Shown here: in pieces, positions 51,940 to 61,205 of the stretch | Layout: each line of letters opens with the position of its first letter | Position numbering within the stretch: position 1 is the stretch's first letter | NCBI GenBank assembly: GCA_965221645.1 | Contig: OZ244899.1 | Coordinates: 2,581,458 to 2,645,457, forward strand | Length of the DNA stretch: 64,000 bases | Source of the DNA: Alphaproteobacteria bacterium | GTDB lineage: Bacteria; Pseudomonadota; Alphaproteobacteria; Bin65 | Direction of reading: 5' to 3' | The notes under the pieces: model-generated | What the model was told of the DNA's origin: nothing | What the model saw: only the letters and a program-made list of their open reading frames with translations | The model's database searches: none | Program-made: the position numbers and the translations under genes

Positions 51940-52806
51940 TATTGTCCTGATTCCCAAGTTTTGCTGATTTTCTTTTGGCATTCTGCGGTATCCAGGGTAC
52001 GCAGGCAGAAGCGTTTGATGGTAGCGAGGATGTCGTCTGCCGACCTGGTCCAGCGAAAGGGTCTGGGGTTGGCGTTGACGGTGTCGATATGGTCTCGGAT
52101 GGCCTGTTCAAGTTCCCGGGTCGCGCGATGGACCCCGCGCCGGAGCTGCTTTTCGGTCAGGGCGGCGAAGAAGCGCTCGACCTGGCCAGGCCGCATGGGC
52201 AGCAACGGCTGGGTGCGGTCGCGCGCCTGGATCTGGCTCTTTTCGTCGACGCAGAGCACCAGCGTGCGTTCGGGCGGGTCGAGACAGAGGCCTGTGATGT
52301 CGCGTACCTTGTCGACGAACAGCGGGTCCGCCGACAGCCTGAAGGTCTCCGAGCGATGCGGCTGCAGGCCGAAGGCTTGCCAGATCCGGTGGATCGTCGA
52401 CGGCGCAGGCTCCAATGCGTGGCCCCGGGCGGCGTCTCTTCCAAGGTGCGGGCGATGATCTCCGCGATCTCCTCGTCGCCGATCTGGCGCGGCGCCCCGG
52501 AACGCGGCGCGTCGCAGAGCCCGTCGAGCCGGTGCTCGGCAAACCGCCGGCGCCATTTGCCGACCGTCGTCGGGTCGCTCCCCACAATCTCCACGATCGC
52601 CTTCTTCTCCAGACCTTCCGCAGCCGCCAGAACGATCCGGGCACGTCGCGCCAGACCCCGGGCCGTCTTGCGCCGGCCCGCCAGACCTTCCAACGCGCGC
52701 CGCGCCGCTTCCGACAAGCTGATCGCAACCGCTACCCTGCTCAACAGTCATCCCTCCAATACAACCAAACATACTTGTTCCAGCAAACCTCTCGATCAGG
52801 ATACTA
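51940..52806 (-). mobile_element. Degenerate IS630-family element (frameshift plus internal deletion)
   Basis: TA-terminated ends sharing TCCTGAT; N-terminal HTH RARIVL..VGKWRRRF..PRSG, then VLCVDEKSQIQA joined almost directly to VERFFAALT..RPFRWT. Confidence 0.88.
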
Positions 52807-52807
52807 T

Positions 52808-53963
52808 GGAACCTCTGATTAATTGGCCGTATCCGGGGATGATGTGACTGTCTGGATGGTCCGGCTTGGAGGGTTCATGGAGCAAGCGACGTTTGCGGAT
52901 CTGGCGCACGATGCGAAGAAGCGCAGGACGCGCCGTGAGTTGTTTCTTGCGAAGATGGACGGGCTGATTCCGTGGGACCGGCTGGCGCGGCGGATCGCGC
53001 CGTTTTACCCGAAGTCGGGTCGTGGCCGGCGGCCGTATCCCTTGCGCACGATGCTGCGGGTTCACGGCGTCCGGTTGTTCTGCAACCTGAGCGATCCGGG
53101 GATGGAGGACCTGCTCTGCGAGGTGGGGTCGGTGCGCCGGTTTGCGGCTGACGGGTCTCTTGCCGGACGAGACGACGATCCTGCACTTCCGGCCCCTGCT
53201 GGAGAGGCACGGCCTGGGCGAGGCGCTGTTCGGGGAGATCAACGCGCCCCTGGCTTCGCCGGGCCACCGCCTGAAGCGCGGGACGATCGTGGACGCGAGC
53301 ATCATCGACGCGCCGGGCTCGACCAGGAACAAGGCTGGGGAGCGGGATCCGGAGATGCGCCAGACGAAGAAGGGCAACCAATGGCACTTCGGGATGAAGG
53401 CGCCCATCGGCGTGGCCTCGGAGACGGGCCTGACGCACAGCCTGGAGACGACCTCGGCGAACGAGGCCGACGTGGCCACGGCGCACGCGGTGCTGCACGG
53501 CGGGGAGGAGCGGGCGTGGGCAAGCGCGAGGAGAACCGGGACATGGACGGGGACTGGCAGGGGGCGATGAAGCGCGGCAAGCGGCGGCAGCTGGATCCAT
53601 CAGGGCCGGAGGCGGCGGCGGAGCGGCGCAAGGGTTCGGTGCGGGCCAGGGTGGAGCACCCGTTCGGCTACGCCAAGGTGCGCTGCCGGGGCCTGGCGAA
53701 GAACACGCAACGCATCGCGCTGCTGCTCGGCTTCTCCAATCTGCTCATCGCCGGCCGCCATGCGCCCGCATGGCGCCGCGCCCGCAATCCGTCCGCGATC
53801 CGCAAAGGGCCGCGATGGGGCACCCGAAACCGCCCGTGGTGGCCCGTTCCGAGCAACCCTTGTAGCCCAGGCGCATATCGCCGAGGCGCGTCATGCCGAC
53901 CGAAGCCAAAGGATCGAAACCAACCGCGACTTGGCGGCAAATGCTCCCTTGTTCAGACCTTCC
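52808..53963 (+). mobile_element. Degenerate IS5-family element
   Basis: Ends GGAACCTCTGATTAA and (reverse complement) GGAAGGTCTGAACAA; frameshifted transposase RTRRELFL, GRRPYPL, IVDASII, WHFGMKA, VEHPF. Confidence 0.88.
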
Positions 53964-53983
53964 ATAGATCTGCGGCGCGCCGA

Positions 53984-55015
53984 TTACGCGTGCGCGGTCT
54001 CGAATCCTTCCAGGAAGGAGAACACGTTTTTTCCCAGGTCCGGCACGTTGTAGCCGCCTTCCTGGACTAACACCGTAGGCAACTCCAGGTTGCCGATGGC
54101 GCAGGCGATGCGATTGAAGCCGGGAGTGGTCAGGCTGATTCCCTGCAACGGATCCTTCTCGTAGCCGTCAACACCCAGTGCCACCAAAAGAATGTCAGGG
54201 CTCCACGCCGCGATCCGGTTCAGAGCCGTGTCAAGCGACGAAAGATAGCTGTTGTCGCCGGTGTTGCGGGCCAGCGGCAGGTTCAGATGGCAGCCGACGC
54301 CATCCGCCGCGCCGCGCTCGTGCCCATGACCGGCGAAGAACGGGTAAAAATCCGTCGGGTCGCAATGCAGCGAGACCGTCAGAACGTCCGGACGGCGGTA
54401 AAATATGCCTTGCGTGCCGTTACCGGCGTGAACATCCACATCCAGGATTGCCGGTCGCTTGCCTTGACGCACGGCGTACTGGGCGGCAATCGCGATATTG
54501 TTCAGGAAGCAGAATCCTCCCGCCATGTCGACGTAGGCATGGTGTCCCGGCGGTCGGCAGAGGGCATAGGCCGAACGGGCACCATCCAGCACCAGCTTCG
54601 TCGCATGCAGTGCCGTATTGGCGCTGTCACACGCGGCTTCCCAGGACATCGGGCCGATCGGCGTCGAGAGATCAGTCGTGTGATAGCCGATCTGTCCGAT
54701 CAGGTTTTCCGGTCTTGTCGCCATGTGGCGACCGGGGTGAACATTCGGAAAGACCTCGTCGCTGTCTTCACAGATGGTTCTCCATCGGTCATGCACTGTC
54801 GAAAGGAACTCCAGATATTCCGCAGAGTGGATGTCTGCTCGCGGTCCTGGCCCGAAGTCCGCCGGTGCAGTGATGACGCCACCTTGTGCCTTGAGTTCCG
54901 CGACGATCGCTTCGGCGCGCGCCGGCATTTCTGGATGCGTCTGAAAGGTCCCGGCCTTGAAGTAGAGTTTCGGATCGTGTCGTGCATGGCCCGGGTGGAA
55001 GACAATCGGAAGCAT
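53984..55015 (-). CDS. Histone-deacetylase-family amidohydrolase (acetylpolyamine amidohydrolase-like)
   Basis: HPEMPAR, RPPGHHA, GFCFLNN, LDVDVHAGNGTQ, VQEGGY. Confidence 0.92.
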   Translation of the reverse strand: MLPIVFHPGHARHDPKLYFKAGTFQTHPEMPARAEAIVAELKAQGGVITAPADFGPGPRADIHSAEYLEFLSTVHDRWRTICEDSDEVFPNVHPGRHMATRPENLIGQIGYHTTDLSTPIGPMSWEAACDSANTALHATKLVLDGARSAYALCRPPGHHAYVDMAGGFCFLNNIAIAAQYAVRQGKRPAILDVDVHAGNGTQGIFYRRPDVLTVSLHCDPTDFYPFFAGHGHERGAADGVGCHLNLPLARNTGDNSYLSSLDTALNRIAAWSPDILLVALGVDGYEKDPLQGISLTTPGFNRIACAIGNLELPTVLVQEGGYNVPDLGKNVFSFLEGFETAHA

Positions 55016-56222
55016 GGTACCTCGCAGGCAGGAAAGTGGCGATGGATACCGCCGATGTATCACGGCGCTCGCGCGCCGGCCATGCGCAGGCGCCGGACCA
55101 TCGGCCGTACAACAAGCGGGGACCGATCTGCATCATTGCATCATCGCCCCGTCTTCGCTAGACATCAGAGAGAATATCTGTCTTCGGCCTCCGCTCCGGG
55201 AATCCATTGGCCGCAGCGCCTTGCGTGCAGCGCGGGCGCGGCTCAGCGAGCAGACTGCCATTCCTCCTGTTCGACCATCGATCAGCGCCTCCGATTCCTC
55301 ACGGTCAGGAAAACGTGGTCAAGGCCTTGCCTGCGCGTTGCTGTTCGTTGCGCCCGTCTTGTTTGCCACCAACATGCTGGCGGCGAAGGCGACAGCCGAC
55401 CTGATGCCGCCGGTGGCGCTGGCCTTCTATCGCTGGCTCGGCGCCATGCTTCTGCTGGCTCCGGTCGTTTGGCCACGGTTCTGGCGCCAGCGCCGTCATT
55501 TGCGTCGGGAATGGCCCGATCTGCTGGTTTTCGGCGCTCTCGGCATGGGGGTGTGCGGCGCTTTCGTCTACGTCGGGGCCGACACGACCACGGCGACGAA
55601 CATCGGTCTGATCTACTCCAGTTCGCCGGTCCTGATCATCGCCATTTCGGTGCTTTTTCTGGATCAACGGATTGGGCGAAGTGCCTTGGCCGGCGTCTTT
55701 CTGGCGCTGTTCGGTGTGCTGCTGATCATCGCGCAAGGCAATCCTGATGTCCTGGTCCGGGTCGATTTCGTCGTCGGTGACCTGTGGATTCTCGCTGCAG
55801 CAATTGGCTGGGCGACCTACTCCGTGATGCTGAAACATCGGCCGACCGGATTCGACACACTTACCCGATTCTTCGCGATTTGCCTGGGTGGCGTCGTGAT
55901 CCTGCTCCCCTTCACTGCAGCCGAGCACCTGATGGGAGAACAGATGGCCTGGACCGGTGAAACCGTCGGCTGGCTTCTGCTGGTGGCGGTCGTGCCGGGC
56001 GTCGCGGCTTACGCAGCCTATTCCTTCATCGTGGACCGGCTGGGGCCGGACAGGGCCGGGCTCATTCTTTACCTCATCCCGCCGTACAACGCGGTGCTGG
56101 CCTGGTTCCTGCTTGGCGAAGCCCCGGCATGGCACCATTATGTCGGGGCCGTTCTTGTGATGTCCGGCATCTGGCTGACCAGTCGGAAGCCGCGTCAATC
56201 GGGGGGAGAGGGATCGCGATGA
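55014..56222 (+). CDS. DMT/EamA family transporter (true start probably ~250-350 nt downstream)
   Basis: Two EamA repeats, about 10 TM segments from ACALLFVAP onward. Confidence 0.85.
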   Translation: MVPRRQESGDGYRRCITALARRPCAGAGPSAVQQAGTDLHHCIIAPSSLDIRENICLRPPLRESIGRSALRAARARLSEQTAIPPVRPSISASDSSRSGKRGQGLACALLFVAPVLFATNMLAAKATADLMPPVALAFYRWLGAMLLLAPVVWPRFWRQRRHLRREWPDLLVFGALGMGVCGAFVYVGADTTTATNIGLIYSSSPVLIIAISVLFLDQRIGRSALAGVFLALFGVLLIIAQGNPDVLVRVDFVVGDLWILAAAIGWATYSVMLKHRPTGFDTLTRFFAICLGGVVILLPFTAAEHLMGEQMAWTGETVGWLLLVAVVPGVAAYAAYSFIVDRLGPDRAGLILYLIPPYNAVLAWFLLGEAPAWHHYVGAVLVMSGIWLTSRKPRQSGGEGSR

Positions 56223-56860
56223 AACAGATCGACTGGTATTTCGACTACGTCTCACCCTTTGCCTATCTCCAGTCCCGACGGTTGCAGGAGTTCCGCGGAG
56301 CTGCGGAAATTCGCATGATTCCGGTGCTGTTTGCCGGTCTGCTCGACGCCGTTGGCGGATCGGGTCCGGCGGAATTGCCGACCAAGCGGATCTGGACTTA
56401 CCGGATATGCCAGTTCAATGCCGAACAGTGGGGCATTCCTTTTCGCATGCCGCCGGCTCATCCTTTCAATCCGCTCCGTTTGCTGCGCCTCACCATCGCG
56501 CTGAACAACGATGCCGAGATCATCGATGCCATCTACCGGTTCATATGGGCGGATGGCCGCGATCCTGACACGGAATGGCCGGCGCTCATGAAGATGCTGG
56601 AGATCGATGACGCCGCCGAGCGGATCAGCGATGACAGCGTCAAGTTGGCGTTGAAGGCGAATACCGACGCTGCCATTGCAGCCGGCGTCTACGGAGTGCC
56701 GACGCTGATGATCGACGGTGAAGCTTTCTGGGGCGTCGACGGGACGGATTTCGCCAAGGCCTGCCTCGCCGATCCGTCCATTCTGGAATCTGACGCAATG
56801 ACGCGAATCGATACGCTTCCCAGCGCCGCGAATCGCCGACGCCGAGCGGGCGTTGCCTGA
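56219..56860 (+). CDS. 2-hydroxychromene-2-carboxylate isomerase / kappa-GST (DsbA-like)
   Basis: WYFDYVSPFAY, HPFNP, GVYGVPT, FWGVD. Confidence 0.9.
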   Translation: MKQIDWYFDYVSPFAYLQSRRLQEFRGAAEIRMIPVLFAGLLDAVGGSGPAELPTKRIWTYRICQFNAEQWGIPFRMPPAHPFNPLRLLRLTIALNNDAEIIDAIYRFIWADGRDPDTEWPALMKMLEIDDAAERISDDSVKLALKANTDAAIAAGVYGVPTLMIDGEAFWGVDGTDFAKACLADPSILESDAMTRIDTLPSAANRRRRAGVA

Positions 56861-57317
56861 TTTCTCCCTGTCGTCAACCGTCTTTCGGTGCATCGTGCCC
56901 GACCTGCATCTGGCACGTGTGGCGGTCCGACAGGCCGTCGTCGTCGATGTTTCGGCGGAATTATGGAGCCCGCCGGACGGTGCCCGCACGCTGGGTGTCG
57001 GCTTCTGGGCCGCGATTGATCGGGCGATTGTCCGGGAAACACCACCGGGTCGGGTGACGACCGTTCTGAACTGCGGCGATGCTGCCGGTCTTGTCCTGGC
57101 GGCCTTTGCCGAAGGGCTGCGTGTCGTCCACTTCACCGGTTATGCAGCGGCAGCGACCAAGCTGGCGGCGGTTGCCGAGGCGCATGACGCCGTCATCCAT
57201 CCCGGGCCGCCGCCGCACCTCGATCTTCGCGACCGCCTGGATCCTGCCGCCAGTTGTCGGGTCGCGCTGAAAGCGATTCCAGACCCTGACGGTCGGCACG
57301 CCAAAACGGCGCGTTGA
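56853..57317 (+). CDS. Hypothetical protein
   Basis: Protein-like composition (CGDAAGLVLAAFAEG); overlaps upstream stop and precedes the aldolase. Confidence 0.6.
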   Translation: MPDFSLSSTVFRCIVPDLHLARVAVRQAVVVDVSAELWSPPDGARTLGVGFWAAIDRAIVRETPPGRVTTVLNCGDAAGLVLAAFAEGLRVVHFTGYAAAATKLAAVAEAHDAVIHPGPPPHLDLRDRLDPAASCRVALKAIPDPDGRHAKTAR

Positions 57318-57408
57318 ATCGCAGCCGCGTGTCGTCTAATCAGATCATTCCGTTGACCACCATGGTGCGCGGCGCGGCAGCCGCCTCGAAGAGCCGGAGG
57401 GACGAGCC

Positions 57409-58329
57409 ATGAAGATGACGTCGAAGGTGCGTCAGATCCTCAGAAACTATGAAAGCGATTGCCCCGGCACGAAGGGGCAACTGGCCCGCATTCTCATGAC
57501 CGGCAGGCTGGCCGGTACGGGCAAGGTGGTGATCCTGCCGGTCGATCAGGGCTTTGAACATGGACCTGCGCGCAGTTTTGCGGCCAACCCGCCGGGGAAC
57601 GATCCGCATTATCATTACCAGCTGGCTATCGATGCCGGCCTGAACGCCTTCGCAGCGCCCCTCGGTCTCCTGGAGGCCGGCGCCGATACCTACGCCGGGC
57701 AGATCCCGACGATCATCAAGGTAAACAGCGCCAACAGTCACGCACGGGAAAAGGACCAGGCGGTCACCGGCTCGGTGGACGATGCCCTGCGGCTCGGGTG
57801 CTCGGCGATCGGCTTCACCATCTATCCAGCGTCCGACAACCAGTTCGAGATGATGGAAGAAATCCGGGAGATGGCGGCAGAAGCGAAATCCGTCGGTCTG
57901 GCGGTTGTGATCTGGTCCTACCCGCGCGGCGGCGGCCTGTCCAGGGAGGGCGAAACGGCCATTGATGTCTGCGCCTATGCGGCTCACATGGCGGCGCTTC
58001 TGGGCGCCCACATCATCAAGGTGAAGCCGCCTGCAGACCACATCGAGCAACAGGAGGCGCGCAAGGTCTACGAAGCGCAGAACATCGATATCTCGACCCT
58101 GGCGAAGCGGATCGAGCACGTGATGACGAGTTCGTTTGCCGGTCGCCGCCTGGTGGTCTTCTCCGGCGGCGCGGCCAAGGGCGACGCGGCCATTCTGGAC
58201 GAGATTCGCGCCCTGCGGGACGGAGGCGCGTCAGGCTCCATCATCGGCCGCAACAGCTTCCAGCGCCCACGCGCCGAAGCGCTGGAACTGCTGGACAAGG
58301 TCGTCAAGATCTACAAGGGACAACTGTAA
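57409..58329 (+). CDS. fbaB: Class I fructose-bisphosphate aldolase (DhnA type)
   Basis: ILPVDQGFEHGP, WSYPRG, AHIIKVK, FSGG, IIGRN. Confidence 0.92.
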   Translation: MKMTSKVRQILRNYESDCPGTKGQLARILMTGRLAGTGKVVILPVDQGFEHGPARSFAANPPGNDPHYHYQLAIDAGLNAFAAPLGLLEAGADTYAGQIPTIIKVNSANSHAREKDQAVTGSVDDALRLGCSAIGFTIYPASDNQFEMMEEIREMAAEAKSVGLAVVIWSYPRGGGLSREGETAIDVCAYAAHMAALLGAHIIKVKPPADHIEQQEARKVYEAQNIDISTLAKRIEHVMTSSFAGRRLVVFSGGAAKGDAAILDEIRALRDGGASGSIIGRNSFQRPRAEALELLDKVVKIYKGQL

Positions 58330-58359
58330 CGGGCGTCCGGCCGTCCATTGGTTGTCTCC

Positions 58360-58989
58360 ATGACCGATGAGAGATGTCAGCTTTACCTGATCACGCCGCC
58401 GGCCCTTGAACCGGTTGCTTTCGCCGCATGTCTGCAAGTTGCGCTGGATGGCGGGCCCGTTGCCTGTCTGCAACTCCGCCTGAAGGGTGCGTCGGATGAT
58501 GAGGTACGCCGCGCGGCTGAAGCCCTGATGCCTGTTTGCCATGCCCGCGACATTGCCTTTCTGGTGAACGACCGGCCGGACCTGGCGGCAGAAGTGGGCG
58601 CCGATGGAGTCCATGTCGGACAGAATGATGCGGCGTATGCCGACGCCCGGGCGACGGTAGGCGAGAACGCCACGGTGGGTGTCACCTGTCATGACTCCCT
58701 GCACCTGGCGATGGATGCGGCGAACGCCGGTGCCGACTATGTGGCGTTCGGCGCCTTCTTCGCCACCCGGACCAAGGAGCCCAGGACGCGTGCGCAGCTG
58801 GATACGCTGGGCAACTGGGCATTGGCGACGGTGGTGCCTTGCGTCGCGATAGGCGGGATTACGGTGGCGAATTGCCGATCCCTGGTCGAACGGGGGGCCG
58901 ATTTTCTGGCTGTGATCGGGGGCGTATGGGATCATCCGGACGGTCCGGCGGCAGCCATCCGAGCGTTCAACGCTGTATTTGATGGCTGA
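58360..58989 (+). CDS. thiE: Thiamine phosphate synthase
   Basis: LYLITP, LQLRLK, VNDR, DGVHVGQND, DYVAFG, AIGGI. Confidence 0.93.
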   Translation: MTDERCQLYLITPPALEPVAFAACLQVALDGGPVACLQLRLKGASDDEVRRAAEALMPVCHARDIAFLVNDRPDLAAEVGADGVHVGQNDAAYADARATVGENATVGVTCHDSLHLAMDAANAGADYVAFGAFFATRTKEPRTRAQLDTLGNWALATVVPCVAIGGITVANCRSLVERGADFLAVIGGVWDHPDGPAAAIRAFNAVFDG

Positions 58990-59202
58990 TCAGCCGAGGA
59001 ATGGACCAACGAGCGCAATGACGGCGGGAAGCAGGATGGCAAGGGCGGCCGCGAGCGCTCCGAGCTTCAACAGAATCGGGCCGATCCTTTCGATGACCGG
59101 GTCCCGATAGTCATAGACCATTTCCTCGATGGTTGTGCGCGGGGGCATCTTCCGGATATTTCTCTTGCCGATCCTTCTGACTTGGGGTTTCGGAAGCGCC
59201 AT
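58990..59202 (-). CDS. Possible small membrane protein (70 aa)
   Basis: MALPKPQ...C-terminal hydrophobic helix LGALAAALAILLPAVIALVGP; no clear RBS. Confidence 0.4.
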   Translation of the reverse strand: MALPKPQVRRIGKRNIRKMPPRTTIEEMVYDYRDPVIERIGPILLKLGALAAALAILLPAVIALVGPFLG

Positions 59203-59463
59203 GCAAGAGGTTGGCGGATGGAGCGGCGATATCTTCAGAACAGGAGCGTCCCGGACCTGCCGGCTTGCCAGACTTCCATCTTCGCCCACGACTGTCGGGA
59301 CCATCCTTGCGAGCTGGGACGGGGGTCCCGAAAAGGCCTTGCGACTGCAATCCGGTTGCCGTTGGGCGGGCCTGTCATCCAGACCGGCGCGTGTTTGGCC
59401 ATCGACCGGGGCAGGCAAATCTCCTAGCTTCGCATCCGAATCCAGCAACGAAAGGACAATGCC

Positions 59464-60339
59464 GTGGCGCGTATCGGATGGATCGGACTAGGGGTAATGG
59501 GCAGGCCGATGGCCGGCCATCTGGCGAAGGCCGGGCACGAAGTTGCCGTGTACAACCGCACGCGATCCAGGGCCAATGCCTGGGTCGAAGAGCATGCGAC
59601 CGGCAAGGTCGCAGAAACGCCCGGAGCAGCGGCGGCAGGCGCCGAGTTCGTCTTTTCCTGCGTGGGGGACGACAACGATGTTCGCGCCGTCACGGTTGGG
59701 GACGACGGTGCTTTTACTGCAATGACGTCCGGATCCATCTTCGTCGATTGCACCACCGCATCGGCGTCGGTCGCCAGGGAACTGGCGGGTGCGGCGAAGG
59801 TCAAGGGCATCGGCTTTCTGGACGCACCTGTCTCCGGAGGTCAGGCCGGCGCCGAAAACGGTGCTCTGACTGTCATGGTGGGCGGCGATCGGGCCGTTTT
59901 CGAAAGGGCGGTGCCCGTGGTCGACTGCTTTGCCCGCAAGGTCACCCGGATCGGTGACGCTGGTGCCGGGCAAACCGCCAAGATGGTCAATCAGATATGC
60001 ATTGCCGGCCTGGTGCAGGGGCTTGCCGAAGGCATCAATCTGGCCGCCAGGGCCGGGCTGGACGTACCGACAGTCATGGAAGCGATCAGTGAAGGTGCGG
60101 CGGGGTCTTGGCAGATGACCAACCGCTGGGAAACCATGTCGAAGGGTGAGTACGATTTCGGTTTTGCCGTGGACTGGATGCGCAAGGACCTCTCCATCGC
60201 AATTGCCGAAGCCCGACGGGTGGGCGCGGCAGTTCCGGTCGGCGCGCTGGTCGATCAATTCTACGGTGAGGTTCAGCAGATGGGCGGTGGGCGCTGGGAT
60301 ACATCCAGCCTGCTGAAACGGATAGCCAGCCGATCTTGA
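59464..60339 (+). CDS. NAD(P)-dependent beta-hydroxyacid dehydrogenase
   Basis: GLGVMGRPMA, DAPVSGG, KMVNQ, WMRKDL. Confidence 0.92.
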   Translation: MARIGWIGLGVMGRPMAGHLAKAGHEVAVYNRTRSRANAWVEEHATGKVAETPGAAAAGAEFVFSCVGDDNDVRAVTVGDDGAFTAMTSGSIFVDCTTASASVARELAGAAKVKGIGFLDAPVSGGQAGAENGALTVMVGGDRAVFERAVPVVDCFARKVTRIGDAGAGQTAKMVNQICIAGLVQGLAEGINLAARAGLDVPTVMEAISEGAAGSWQMTNRWETMSKGEYDFGFAVDWMRKDLSIAIAEARRVGAAVPVGALVDQFYGEVQQMGGGRWDTSSLLKRIASRS

Positions 60340-60460
60340 CTGTTGATGCCTTGGCCCGGGGAAAGTCTGGCCGCATGCTGCCTTCTCACGCGCAAGGGCG
60401 TTCAAAGGTCAAGTCCTTGATCAATCACGTCAAAGTGACTCATGCATCAGATCCTGACGG

Positions 60461-60490
60461 CACCCGCGACTTCAGGAACAGACTCCTGGG
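60461..60490 (+). repeat. Isolated copy of the MITE-like end seen at 773-802
   Basis: CACCCGCGACTTCAGGAACAGACTCCTGGG is 28/30 identical to the reverse complement of 773-802. Confidence 0.7.
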
Positions 60491-60630
60491 ACGCCGTCGC
60501 TACCATCGTCTACTGTGCAGCAGTCATGTTCATCCTGCTCAGTGTGCCGGACAAGCTGATGAGGCTCCGTGTCGACGAACCCGCCGAGATGCCCGGCCTC
60601 GACATCTCGCTCCACGGTGAGCCCGCCATG
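60487..60630 (+). pseudogene. C-terminal fragment of an ammonium transporter (Amt)
   Basis: IVYCAAVMFILL..DKLMRLRVDEPAEMPGLDISLHGE resembles the Amt C-terminal LRV..E..GLD...HGE motif. Confidence 0.65.
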
Positions 60631-60715
60631 ATCACTGAAATCCATGATCGAGCGCTTGAATTATCGTATTGGAATTTGCGCTACATCGGGCAATGTATTC
60701 GCAAGGAGCATGGCG

Positions 60716-60895
60716 ATGGCTACCCGTACCGAACGCAAGGAACATCCAATCTCAATGCGCCTGCCGGAGGCGGATGTCGCCATGATCGACCGTGCCGCTC
60801 GGCTACACGGCCGGTCGCGAACGGATTTCGTGCGTGTCGATGCAATTCGTGAGCACGTCCAGTCAAAACTACGAATCCCGAAGCCAACGTCGTGA
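60716..60895 (+). pseudogene. Truncated DUF1778 (TacA-like) antitoxin
   Basis: AAGGAG RBS; RKEHPISMRLPEADVAMIDRAARLHGRSRTDFVR then similarity stops; no GNAT toxin follows. Confidence 0.7.
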
Positions 60896-61205
60896 GATCG
60901 GAGACGGCAGACAGAAAAATGGCATCTGGAGACCCTCACGGCGAATAACAGGAAACGGAAGTGCCAAAACGGCAAAAAGAACAGACGCCGCGAGATCCGG
61001 CATGATCTTCACGGCGCGCATCGGCTACAGCATCATGATCTGTATGGACGTTGAGCAACAAGCCTCGGACGACCGTCCTTGATGGTCTCGAATGCAGCCA
61101 CCTCCGTCGGTGTCGCGCAACGCCCCGCGGCTACCGACTGCGCTTCGCTGCGGACACCGCCCGATTGCACTTCTACGGAAATGCAACTTCTGCCGTGGGC
61201 CGGCG

